From contig CAKZNC010000220.1 of assembly GCA_937129385.1 (NCBI GenBank), positions 98,604 through 162,603 on the forward strand: a stretch of DNA of 64,000 nt, in the 5' to 3' direction. The position numbers were made by a program, and so were the translations under genes. Every line of letters starts with the position of its first letter. The stretch's first letter is position 1. The DNA comes from an uncultured Bacteroidota bacterium (GTDB lineage: Bacteria; Bacteroidota; Bacteroidia; Bacteroidales; GCA-2748055). A model generated the notes under the pieces. It did not search any database. It was not told the DNA's origin and saw only the letters and a program-made list of their open reading frames with translations. Of this stretch, positions 1-9,700 are shown one piece after another.

Positions 1-426
1 AATTGCATGGTACAGATCTGATTTCCGAAAGACTGAACCTGTGAGGTCTGCCCCGGTGAAATCGACTTCCTGCATATTGCACTCATTGAAGAGTGTAGAG
101 GGAATCTTCAGTCCGTGAAAGGAGGACAATTGCAATAGGCATCTTTCAAACCGAAATGAGAGAAGCATTTGATTACACTGCTCAAAATGAGTACCGGTCA
201 TTTTACAATTCCTGAAAACTGCTTCCTGCAAAGTGGTGTTTTTAAGACTGGCCAGACCGAGGTTACATTGCTCAAACACGCAACCGATGAATACCCGCTC
301 AGACAGGTTACATTCACTGAAGTCACAGGACAAAAATTCACAATCTTCATAAACACCTTCGGGAAGTTGATTTCTTGTAAAATCTGTACCCTCGAAAGTC
401 TGGTTCTCAATGATATTATCTGCCAT
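1..426 (-). CDS. Pentapeptide repeat protein (Qnr/MfpA/McbG-like fold), 3' end runs off the window
   Basis: Not in the ORF track. Manual translation from ATG at 426: MADNIIENQTFEGTDFTRNQLPEGVYEDCEFLSCDFSECNLSERVFIGCVFEQCNLGLASLKNTTLQEAVFRNCKMTGTHFEQC...VDFTGADLTGSVFRKSDLYHAI. Open to base 1, with 5-residue (A/C/S)-x-(F/L)-x-x periodicity. Confidence 0.85.
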   Translation of the reverse strand, partial: MADNIIENQTFEGTDFTRNQLPEGVYEDCEFLSCDFSECNLSERVFIGCVFEQCNLGLASLKNTTLQEAVFRNCKMTGTHFEQCNQMLLSFRFERCLLQLSSFHGLKIPSTLFNECNMQEVDFTGADLTGSVFRKSDLYHAI

Positions 427-436
427 CAGTCTATGT

Positions 437-922
437 TTACCGGTTTATCAACTCATCGATCTCGTCCAGATGCAGGTTAAAGTGGCGGAGAAAATCAACC
501 ACCATATCATGGAGTGTGACGCTATGGCCCGGAGCATTTATCCAGGCTCGTTCCAGGTTTTCTTCTCCAATATTTCGAATCACATGCACCAGGTGCAGAT
601 GACTGTATTCCCATAAGCCCAGGAGGATCTTCCAGTCCTCATCCTGGAATTTTTGAATAGCGATCCACCTGTCGTTGTTTCCATTGGTTGCATAGTTCGG
701 GAAATCTACCGGGCTCCTCCTGTATTGAAGATGGACGATCCTGTGCGTATTGTTTGAAGCAGAATCGATCATGTGTCCGATGATCTGCTTAATGGAACGT
801 CCCTGGCTGTTCCTTCTTGCATTGAGCACTTCGGATTCCAGGTTTTCAAGTCTGGATTTATATTTTGGAAGCAGTGCTGATACTCCTTCAATTACCGGCA
901 CAAATTCTTCGGTTATGGCCAT
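437..922 (-). CDS. DinB-like family protein
   Basis: SIKQIIGHMIDSASNNTHR and C-terminal DFLRHFNLHLDEI His pattern typical of DinB/DinB_2 four-helix bundles. Confidence 0.75.
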   Translation of the reverse strand: MAITEEFVPVIEGVSALLPKYKSRLENLESEVLNARRNSQGRSIKQIIGHMIDSASNNTHRIVHLQYRRSPVDFPNYATNGNNDRWIAIQKFQDEDWKILLGLWEYSHLHLVHVIRNIGEENLERAWINAPGHSVTLHDMVVDFLRHFNLHLDEIDELINR

Positions 923-977
923 TCGGATTATTTTACCAGGCTGCCTGTCGCGTTCCTGAGGTACACTGCAGGCCGCC

Positions 978-1112
978 TCAATTGTCCCTGTTCTCGAAAT
1001 TCTCTTTCTTCCTGATCTCTATTCTCCTGAAGACCAGGTATACCAGGAGAACGGCAGCAATTACAAGCCCGACTCCCTCAATGATCATGATCAGTTTAGC
1101 AAGCCCCGGCAT
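978..1112 (-). CDS. Small single-pass membrane protein, 44 aa
   Basis: Not in the ORF track. MPGLAKLIMIIEGVGLVIAAVLLVYLVFRRIEIRKKENFENRDN*. The ATG lies 1 nt after the YbjQ-family stop; one hydrophobic helix followed by a basic tail. Confidence 0.7.
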   Translation of the reverse strand: MPGLAKLIMIIEGVGLVIAAVLLVYLVFRRIEIRKKENFENRDN

Positions 1113-1113
1113 A

Positions 1114-1428
1114 TTACTTAAACTTCACGGCTGTTCCATAAGCCAGTATCTCAGCTGCACCCTGTGTTACCATCGAGGTGGCGAGCCTGATATTAATGAT
1201 TGCATCGGCACCAAGTCTTTCAGCATCCTCCTTCATTCTCAGGAGCGCCTGTTCCCTTGATTCTGCCTGCAATTTTGTGTATTCTTCGATCTCCCCGCCC
1301 ACGAGATTCTTCAGCCCTGCAAATATATCGCGCCCGATATTCCGGGCCCTGACTGTACTTCCCCGGGCTATTCCAAGAATCTCGGCGATCTCTTTTCCCG
1401 GAACAAAATCGGTTGTTGTATGTATCAT
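1114..1428 (-). CDS. YbjQ/UPF0145 family protein (putative heavy-metal binding)
   Basis: GRDIFAGLKNLVGGEIEEYTKL, LGADAII and ILAYGTAVK signature. Confidence 0.92.
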   Translation of the reverse strand: MIHTTTDFVPGKEIAEILGIARGSTVRARNIGRDIFAGLKNLVGGEIEEYTKLQAESREQALLRMKEDAERLGADAIINIRLATSMVTQGAAEILAYGTAVKFK

Positions 1429-1587
1429 TGGTTTAAAATTTGAATGATCAGATAATCAATTCAATTTCTCTGATCGTGGAGTTTCAATGCAATGGATATT
1501 GTTACAATTATCCGTAATAAAGATATGAAGAATTGAGATGAAGCGTGTAATATTATTACAAAAGATTATTTTCGGACAGGCATACAA

Positions 1588-2283
1588 TCAACCTTTCATT
1601 TCCTGGCCGATCATCCTGATGAAGTCCCCGATACCTTCCGTTGCCTTTTTATTGATAAAAGTAACATTCATGCTATCTATTCCCACGGGCTCTCCGGGGT
1701 CGATGACATAAACCGGTGTTCCCGGGCGGCAAAAATTCATCAGTCCTGCGGCGGGATATACATTCAGGGAGGTGCCAATGATGAGCAGAATATCAGCCTC
1801 ATTGACAATGGGCACTGCCCTTTCCATTTCGGGAACCTGTTCACCAAACCATACAATATGCGGACGGAGCTGATGACCGTTCTCTGAAAAATCTCCTTCA
1901 TTCAGTTCCCATCCATCGATCTCATAAACATCATTTTCATTTACTGTGCAACGTGCTTTTCTTAATTCTCCGTGCAGGTGAAGTACCCGTGTTGATCCGG
2001 CGCGTTCGTGAAGGTCATCAATATTCTGTGTAATGATCTCCACTTTGAATTTTTTCTCCAGCCTGGCCAGGGCCAGGTGCGCTTCATTGGGCTTCGCTTT
2101 CAGCAGGTCTCTTCTTCGTTCATTATAGAACCGGATGACCAGGGGACGGTTTTTTTCCCATGCCATGGGACTTGCCACTTCGGTAACGTCATGTTCTTCC
2201 CATAATCCACCATGGTCACGGAAGGTCTTGATCCCGCTTTCTGCACTGATACCAGAGCCAGAAAGTACCACCAGTCTTTTCAT
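1588..2283 (-). CDS. cobB: NAD-dependent protein deacylase, sirtuin (CobB-type)
   Basis: GSGISAESGIKTFRD, TQNIDDLHERAG, HLHGEL, RPHIVWFGE, GTSLNVYPAAG. Confidence 0.92.
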   Translation of the reverse strand: MKRLVVLSGSGISAESGIKTFRDHGGLWEEHDVTEVASPMAWEKNRPLVIRFYNERRRDLLKAKPNEAHLALARLEKKFKVEIITQNIDDLHERAGSTRVLHLHGELRKARCTVNENDVYEIDGWELNEGDFSENGHQLRPHIVWFGEQVPEMERAVPIVNEADILLIIGTSLNVYPAAGLMNFCRPGTPVYVIDPGEPVGIDSMNVTFINKKATEGIGDFIRMIGQEMKG

Positions 2284-2441
2284 AGGCTTCTTCGCTTTTT
2301 TCGGTTAAGTCGCACCAGGAACGCCAGGTTTTATGCAACGCTTATTGTTTCTCCTTCCCGTAAAAATAGGTTATTTCTGAAACTTTAACTAATTTTAAAT
2401 GTTGGAATCAATGTTAAAAACCCTGATTTACTGATTGTTAC

Positions 2442-4382
2442 ATGATAAGCCAGGAAACGGTAAATAAAATATTTGATACGGTAGACATTGTAGATGTCGT
2501 TTCCGATTTTGTAACATTGAAGAAATCCGGAGCCAACTACAAGGGGCTGAGTCCGTTTACCAATGAAAAGACGCCTTCGTTCATGGTTTCTCCGAGCAAG
2601 GGGATTTTCAAGGATTTCAGCTCCGGAAAGGGTGGTAATGCGGTTGGTTTTCTCATGGAACATGAAAAGCTTTCTTACCCCGAGGCTCTGCAATACCTGG
2701 CCCGCAAGTACAACATAGATATCGAGGAGACAGAGCTCACCCCCGAGGAGATCCAGCAAAGAAATGAACGTGAAAGTCTGCTTGCGGTCACCCAATATGC
2801 AGCAAAGTTTTTCAAGCAACAGCTCAGTACTTCTGAAGGGAAGGCCGTTGGATTCAGTTACCTGAGGCAGCGAGGTTTCCGGGAGGATATCATCGAGAAA
2901 TTTTTGATTGGTTACAGTCCGGAAGACCGCAAGGCGCTGACAAACAGCGCGGTGAAGGCGGGATACAAGAAGGAGTTCCTGGTCAAAACAGGATTGACCA
3001 TTCAGAAAGAGGATTACGAATTTGACCGGTTTGCGGGCCGGATCATTTTTCCCATTCATGGAATTTCGGGAAATGTCATCGGTTTTGGTGGTCGGACCCT
3101 GAAGTCTGACAAGAACACGGCGAAATACCTCAACTCTCCTGAATCGGATATATATCACAAGAGCCGGGTCTTGTACGGATTGTTCCAGGCCAAAAAGAGC
3201 ATTGTCAATCATAACAGGTGTTTCCTGGTAGAGGGGTACACCGATGTGATCGCCCTGCACCAGGCCGGTATTGAAAACGTGGTGTCTTCTTCCGGAACTG
3301 CGCTGACGAGCGAACAGATCAGGCTGATCAAGCGGTTCAGCGAAAACATCACTGTCCTGTACGATGGTGACGAAGCCGGACTGAAAGCCTCTTTCAGGGG
3401 AATTGACATGATCCTTGAGGAGGGGTTGAATGTCAAGGTGCTCCTTTTCCCCGAGGGGGAAGATCCGGATTCATTTTCCCAGGATAAAAGTGCCACTGAG
3501 TTCACGGAGTATATCAATGAAAACGAGCAGGATTTCATTACCTTCAAAACCCGGGTTCTCATTGCTGATACGAAAGATGACCCCATCAAGCGGGCAAATA
3601 TGATCACAGATATCGTTCGATCTGTCGCGGTTATTCCCGACGGGATCAAGCGGTCGGTTTATCTCAAGGAATGCAGTCTCTTGCTTGATGTGGAAGAGCG
3701 TGTACTGTATACCGAGGTAAACAAGATCCGTCAGAAGCGCAGGGAGCAGGCCTGGAAAAAGGAGCGCACCTCCACTCCAGATCAGCTGGAAGTGCCGCGA
3801 CAACCTACCGTTCCCTCATTTGTAAAAAATGTATATTCTGAGATCGAAGAGCGGGAGATCATCTATTTCCTTTTGAAATTCGGCAACAGGGCTTTGAAAA
3901 TATCCGGGGAAGAAAATGCCGATATTAACGTAGCCCAGTATATCATCAGGGAGATCCAGAATGATGATCTTCAGTTTACAAACCTGGTATACAAACAGGT
4001 CTTCGAGGATGTAAAAGCGATGATAGAATCGGGGAAAGAGATCACGGAACGGGTTTTCACTTTTCACGACAATAAAGAAGTACAGGACCTCGCAGTGGAT
4101 ATTGTTACATCGAAATATGAACTCAGCAAGGTATGGAAAAGAAAGGAGTCCTATATTGAACTTCCGGGAGAAAATCTTGGTGTTGAGGTGCCCAAAGCCC
4201 TGCTGCTGTATAAACTCCGCGTTGTCGGAATGGCGCTCGAAGAGCTCCGTAAGCAAATCGGTGAAGCTGAAAAGAAAAAGGAGGATGATCGCGTAATGGA
4301 GCTGATGTTGAGGCTCCGTGACCTGGAGGCTGCCAAGAATGAGCTCTCCACAGTCATTGGGGAGCGCATCATTCTCAATTGA
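2442..4382 (+). CDS. dnaG: DNA primase
   Basis: EKTPSF, FGGR, AKYLNSPES, TOPRIM motifs VEGYTDV and YDGDEAG, DPD; N-terminal ZBD lacks the Cys/His ligands. Confidence 0.97.
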   Translation: MISQETVNKIFDTVDIVDVVSDFVTLKKSGANYKGLSPFTNEKTPSFMVSPSKGIFKDFSSGKGGNAVGFLMEHEKLSYPEALQYLARKYNIDIEETELTPEEIQQRNERESLLAVTQYAAKFFKQQLSTSEGKAVGFSYLRQRGFREDIIEKFLIGYSPEDRKALTNSAVKAGYKKEFLVKTGLTIQKEDYEFDRFAGRIIFPIHGISGNVIGFGGRTLKSDKNTAKYLNSPESDIYHKSRVLYGLFQAKKSIVNHNRCFLVEGYTDVIALHQAGIENVVSSSGTALTSEQIRLIKRFSENITVLYDGDEAGLKASFRGIDMILEEGLNVKVLLFPEGEDPDSFSQDKSATEFTEYINENEQDFITFKTRVLIADTKDDPIKRANMITDIVRSVAVIPDGIKRSVYLKECSLLLDVEERVLYTEVNKIRQKRREQAWKKERTSTPDQLEVPRQPTVPSFVKNVYSEIEEREIIYFLLKFGNRALKISGEENADINVAQYIIREIQNDDLQFTNLVYKQVFEDVKAMIESGKEITERVFTFHDNKEVQDLAVDIVTSKYELSKVWKRKESYIELPGENLGVEVPKALLLYKLRVVGMALEELRKQIGEAEKKKEDDRVMELMLRLRDLEAAKNELSTVIGERIILN

Positions 4383-4393
4383 CATCGTTCTGT

Positions 4394-6742
4394 TTATCTC
4401 AATACTTCGAAGACGACCGATTCCTGGTTTCCCTGCTCATCCACAACAGTCATTTTGTGCCTGCCCGGCAAGATATCTGCCGCAAGTTGGTGCGTCCCTT
4501 CCGTCGTACCTATAAAAATTTTATCAATGTGCCAGAAAACCCGTGCAGAGGACTGCCTGTGTGCCACCTCAAAAATCACTTTGCCCTTACTGCCATCCAG
4601 CTCTCTAGGAATCACCAGGTGGCTGTCCCATTCAGGATATACAATTTCCATTGATTTTACAGACTCGTCCAGGCAGCCCTCCATGACCGGGGGCAGTTCT
4701 TGATAACCTGCAGCATGTCTTTTATAATACCATTCCATCAGCGGGGGTAAAACGAACCATGTTTTTGTTATCATATTGCTCACCGGGTAGCACCTGCTGT
4801 TGACGCGATAAGAACCCGTTGAATCGAGGTGGATCATTTCATGATAGGGGCATGATCGCGATTTCATTCCCCGGGGCACTGCCTGGATGGTATCTGTTAT
4901 TCTGCAGTAAGGCCCGGCAAGATAACCACTGGCGCGACAAATGACTGCATCTGAGAGATCATCCAGGGGAGCTTCGAACCAGGTAGTTTCGGGCAGTATA
5001 CTGAAGAGATCGAACATCAGTGGTGCTGCTGCTGTAATCCCTGAAATTCCGGGTCTGCCCTCTCCATCCGCATTTCCTGCCCAGACCGCCACGACATATT
5101 CAGGTGTCACACCAACAGCCCAGGCGTCTCTGAAGCCATAACTGGTACCGGTTTTCCATGCAATGTTCCTTGTTGATGACATTAAATACCACATTGACAA
5201 TTCCTCTGGTCTGTTTACCTCAAGTAATGATTGAAATGTTAAAAAGATACTTGAGGCAGACAACAGGCCCTCTTCCTGTTTATCCTTTCTAACAGGACGT
5301 GTGTGATCACTATCCAGGTTGGGCATATGGTAGTCGGAGGCAAAATAATTTCCATCGGACTGATTAAAGTGATTGAGCACCCTGGCCATACTGCCGTACA
5401 TACCTGCCAGTTCCCACAATGAAGTTTCAGCCCCGCCAAGAATGAGTGTCAGTCCATAATGTTCGTGGGAGTATTTAAAGGTTGAGAACCCTATATTCCT
5501 GAGCAGGCCCAGGAAAGGGTCTACACCATAATTTTTCAGCATGATCACAGCTGGGATATTGAGGGATCTTTCCAGGGCTTCATATGCAGGTACTGCTCCT
5601 TCATAACCCCTGTCGTAGTTTTTCGGAGCGTAACCGTTGTATCTTACAGGGACATCCGGAACCAATGCAGTTTGTAAAATCCGACCGTTATCAAGGATTC
5701 CGGCAAAGAGGAACGGTTTAAGAATGGAGCCGGTGCTGCGCACAGACCTGACCACATCCACATCCTCCCCGTCAGATCGTTTTCCGGGTAGTTTGCTGTT
5801 GCCCACGTAGGCCAGCACCTTTCCTGACTCAACCTCCATCACAAGACAGGCCATGTTTTCTATTTCGTTGGCCCGCAGTATCTCCTGCCGTATATTGGTC
5901 AGTTCATTTACCCTCTCCTGGAGGTCGCGATTGATTGAGGAGTTGAAGCGGTTTCGCTGTTCATCCAGCATCACCTGGTCTGTGACGTGGGGAGTTAAGT
6001 TGGGCAGTGGCAACGGGGCAGATGGCAGGGGTTCCTGCATAGAAAGTCTGCAGGTTTGCTCACTGATCTCTCCTTGCTCCATTAGCTTTTGGAGCAAGCG
6101 GTTTCTTTTTTCAATTAACAGATCCCTGTTCTTCCCTGGATGGATCAACGAAGGGGCATTGGGCAATACGGCAAGAAGAGCGGATTCGGCCCAGGTGAGG
6201 TCACCTGGGGAAGTCCCGAAATATCTCCATGCCGCTGCTTCAATCCCAACCACATTCCCCCCGAAGGGGGCGTTGTTTGCATAGACGGTCAGGACCTGCT
6301 GCTTGCTGTTTGAGAATTCATACCGGAGGGCCAGAAAAGATTCAATCAGTTTTTGCGTCACTGTACGCGGCCGGTTCTTTCTTGACATCCTGATCACCTG
6401 CATGGTAATCGTGCTTCCACCACTTCGGATCTCTCCTGCCCTGATGTTCTGGAGGGCCGCCCGCATCATGCTTGCAGGATTGACGCCGGGATGAAAATAA
6501 AAATACCTGTCTTCGAAGGAGATCACCGCCCTGGAATACTTCTCCGGCACTGAATCCAGGCCCGGGAATCTCCACTGACCATCCTCGGCGATCCTTGCCC
6601 CAAGTAATTCCCCATTCCGGTCATATACCACCGTAGAGAGGGGATCATCGAATAGTCTGACTGGAAGAGAAATCCAGAACAGGACAAATACAGCGATCAG
6701 GCTGAACCAGAAATACCTGTACTTATTCCAGATCCTGTACAT
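4394..6742 (-). CDS. pbpC: Penicillin-binding protein 1C (bifunctional transglycosylase/transpeptidase)
   Basis: FEDRYFYFHPGVNP, GGSTITMQ, SxxK (GSILKPF), KTGTSYGFRDAW, BiPBP_C tail; directly downstream of the A2M gene. Confidence 0.95.
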   Translation of the reverse strand: MYRIWNKYRYFWFSLIAVFVLFWISLPVRLFDDPLSTVVYDRNGELLGARIAEDGQWRFPGLDSVPEKYSRAVISFEDRYFYFHPGVNPASMMRAALQNIRAGEIRSGGSTITMQVIRMSRKNRPRTVTQKLIESFLALRYEFSNSKQQVLTVYANNAPFGGNVVGIEAAAWRYFGTSPGDLTWAESALLAVLPNAPSLIHPGKNRDLLIEKRNRLLQKLMEQGEISEQTCRLSMQEPLPSAPLPLPNLTPHVTDQVMLDEQRNRFNSSINRDLQERVNELTNIRQEILRANEIENMACLVMEVESGKVLAYVGNSKLPGKRSDGEDVDVVRSVRSTGSILKPFLFAGILDNGRILQTALVPDVPVRYNGYAPKNYDRGYEGAVPAYEALERSLNIPAVIMLKNYGVDPFLGLLRNIGFSTFKYSHEHYGLTLILGGAETSLWELAGMYGSMARVLNHFNQSDGNYFASDYHMPNLDSDHTRPVRKDKQEEGLLSASSIFLTFQSLLEVNRPEELSMWYLMSSTRNIAWKTGTSYGFRDAWAVGVTPEYVVAVWAGNADGEGRPGISGITAAAPLMFDLFSILPETTWFEAPLDDLSDAVICRASGYLAGPYCRITDTIQAVPRGMKSRSCPYHEMIHLDSTGSYRVNSRCYPVSNMITKTWFVLPPLMEWYYKRHAAGYQELPPVMEGCLDESVKSMEIVYPEWDSHLVIPRELDGSKGKVIFEVAHRQSSARVFWHIDKIFIGTTEGTHQLAADILPGRHKMTVVDEQGNQESVVFEVLR

Positions 6743-6751
6743 TTCAGCTCA

Positions 6752-9700
6752 TTAATTTCTACCCTTCACCTCGGTCCACTGTCCGGGAATTACCACCTGC
6801 ACATCGTTTTTATACATCTCTTCAGCCTGCACAGAGGGCAGGTAAAATTTTCCCCTGTAAGCAGCGTTTAGCCTGATCGTAAAGGTTTTTGAAGCGTTTC
6901 CATTCAGTGAAAAATAGGTCATTACCCTGTCATCCTTTATGTCCTGGTAGGTAAATGACTGATTCGCACTTGATGTTGAAAAGAGTCTTTCATTGTGTAT
7001 TTCCCAGCCAGATGGAAAGATTGTTGTCAGCGCCACATTGTTAAAAAATCCCAGGGTGCCCGGATTGTATACCCTGTAGACAGCTTTAAAATCAGTTCCC
7101 TGTTGAATTTCCCCGGGAGAGAGTTTATTTCCTTCCATATCGGCATAATACAGGTCCACGCGCAGGTTATTATTCACGGTTTTCTCATTCCCTGGGGCAG
7201 GTATTCCGGTATTGATGATCCTTACGAACAGGATGCCGTCAGTTTTATTGGAGAGCTTCAGTGTCCCTTTAGGGTCATCTCCGGGTTCAAACTGAATCTG
7301 TGCAATGGGCATACCGGTTTCTGCAACAGAAGGAGGTTTCCCGTTGAGCGAATATTCGAACCTGATACGTTCGTCTGAGGTCCTGCCGCCCGTAAATTTC
7401 GCGATCGCTATCAGGCTGTAGGCGGTCGTTTGTGTACTCATCCACTGTTGAGAAGACAGCCTCCCGGCTATCTGCTCCAACAACAAACCTCCGTTATCCT
7501 TCATCCCGATCAGGATCATTGCCTCCAGGATCATTGCCTTGTCACGGGTTGCACTGCCGTAGGTATAGCGTGAATCATAGTATTCATCCACCTCAACCGG
7601 TACCCGGGCAACCAGTTCTGAGGCGGTCTCCTTTTGTCCTGCCAGCGCATATGCAGCAGCAAGTCTCCATTTTGCCCCTGGGACCAGATCGGTTCTTTCG
7701 CGCAACCTGTTCATCGATCCCATTTCCGGTTTGCCGGCAAGTGCCAGAGTGTATAGCCTGTATGCCTGAAGGATCTGCTCCTGCCGGATCTCATAGACAT
7801 TGGTTGACCCGGCTATGCTCCACCGGTTCGCTGTTTTTTTCTGGTACCGGGTCCAGTTCCTTAGTAATGATTGCGGAACATCATATCCTTTCTCCCTGGC
7901 TTCAAGCAGGAAATGTCCGGCATAGGAGGTCCCCCAGGATGATTCACTGATGGACCCCGGCCAGTAAGAAAAGCCTCCGCTTGACAATTGGAAGGAGGAC
8001 AGCCTTCTAATACCTGCTTTCACGTTCGATTCGGTCTTCTTAATCGCCTTCTCATCGAGCTCCACCACGTCGGCCAGGAATAATTGCGGAAATACTGCCG
8101 AAGTGGTTTGTTCTATACATCCATGGGGATACTTCAAGAGGTATTTGAGTCTTCTACCAAAATCTACGGGGGGGATGTTTGAAACTTCCAGCAGCAGGTC
8201 ATTTGTGCCGACCATTCCCACATATTCAAATTCCTCTTCCATGCTATTTCCCGCTTCGAGTGTTGACGTGAGAAAATTGGTGACTGGCGGATTAGAAGGC
8301 CTGACATTCAGTTCAATGTCATATTCTGCCCGGTGCCTTCCTGAAGTCGCTGTAATATGTATTTTCCCAACGCCAGTCTTCTTTGGTGTTGTAAGCATAA
8401 AGTCGACAATCTCGTCGCCGGTTGATGAAAATGTGACCATTTTGCTCTTCTCTTCAGCGATCAGCATCTCATTTGAAGATACTTCGATCTTCACATTCCT
8501 GATTCCCTCGTCCATCACAAACACATTCACCGGCAAAGCAACTTTTTCTCCGGGTCCCAATACGCGGGGAAGGGTTGCAAGGAGCATCAGTGGTTGTTTG
8601 ACCGGGGTGGTCTTCTCCACGTGTCCATAGGCTCCTGTTTCCCTTGTTCCGGCGATTACCATTGTCCGTACCGAGCCAATGTAGTTCGGGAGAGAGATCC
8701 GGTGCACATCACTCTTGCCCTTGAGAGTAAAGGGCCCCATAAAGCGAACCATTGGAGGAAACCGATTGGCTTCCTTCGCCTGTTCTCCCGCCTCATTTTC
8801 TCCTCCACCTATACTGTAGATGCCATCGATCCTGCCTCCAAAAGCTCCAAGAACATGTTCATACATGTCCCACGTTTTTACTCCAAGAGCTTCCTTCGCG
8901 TAAAATACCGACCACGGGTCCGGGGTCCTGAATCTTGTAAGGTCCAGCAACCCTTCATCCACCATTGCAATGGTGTAGGTCATTTCTTTTCCATATTTTT
9001 CAGAAACCTCAACCTGTACAGTGGTGTTCGGACGCAGCTCGTCTGGCATTTCGATTTCCGGATACAGCCTTGTGTCCGGATCTTCCACTTTCAGCGGAAT
9101 GACACCGAACATTCTGATCGGGAGGTCGTTTTCGGTATTTTCATGAGGCTGAATCAGGGAGGCATACAGATAGATATTGGGTGTCATTTCGGGAGTGATC
9201 TTCAGGCTATACTTTGTTTCCGATCCACTTGTTGTGATCCACTCCTGCCTGAGCACGCCCGTTCCGTTTTCAAGGCTGACCAGTATCCTTCCCTTGTTGG
9301 AGGAAGGAATTGTGATCATTGCGGTCTCCCCTACACGGTATGTCTTTTTATCTGCACTAAAAGTCAACACTGATGCTGCATCCGGGTCTCCTTTCCTCGC
9401 GCGTCCTGCCCACCCGGGCCAATCAACATATACAATTTTCGCCGCACTGTGACCCCCTTTGTCTTTCACAACCACAAGGTACCTGCCCCAATCGGGATAA
9501 TCGATCCTGAAACCGAAGGACCCATTGCCGCGCTTTGTGCTGATTGTTGTTGAAAATACGGGAGTCCGGTAATTACTGCCCATATAAGAAGCCAGGTTTT
9601 CATAGGAGGCATCCCACCACCATCGCCATGAAAGCTTGTAGACCTTCACATCCAGCCCGAGCTTTGTGAGCGGCTCACCACCAGGGGAAAGCGTCACAAC

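Noticed and set aside
2385-3260. 291-aa antisense ORF over dnaG, and similar long shadow ORFs at 8594-9373, 23590-24216 and 55463-56158
   Set aside because: They lie antisense to well-conserved genes, have no recognisable motifs, and are expected from codon bias.
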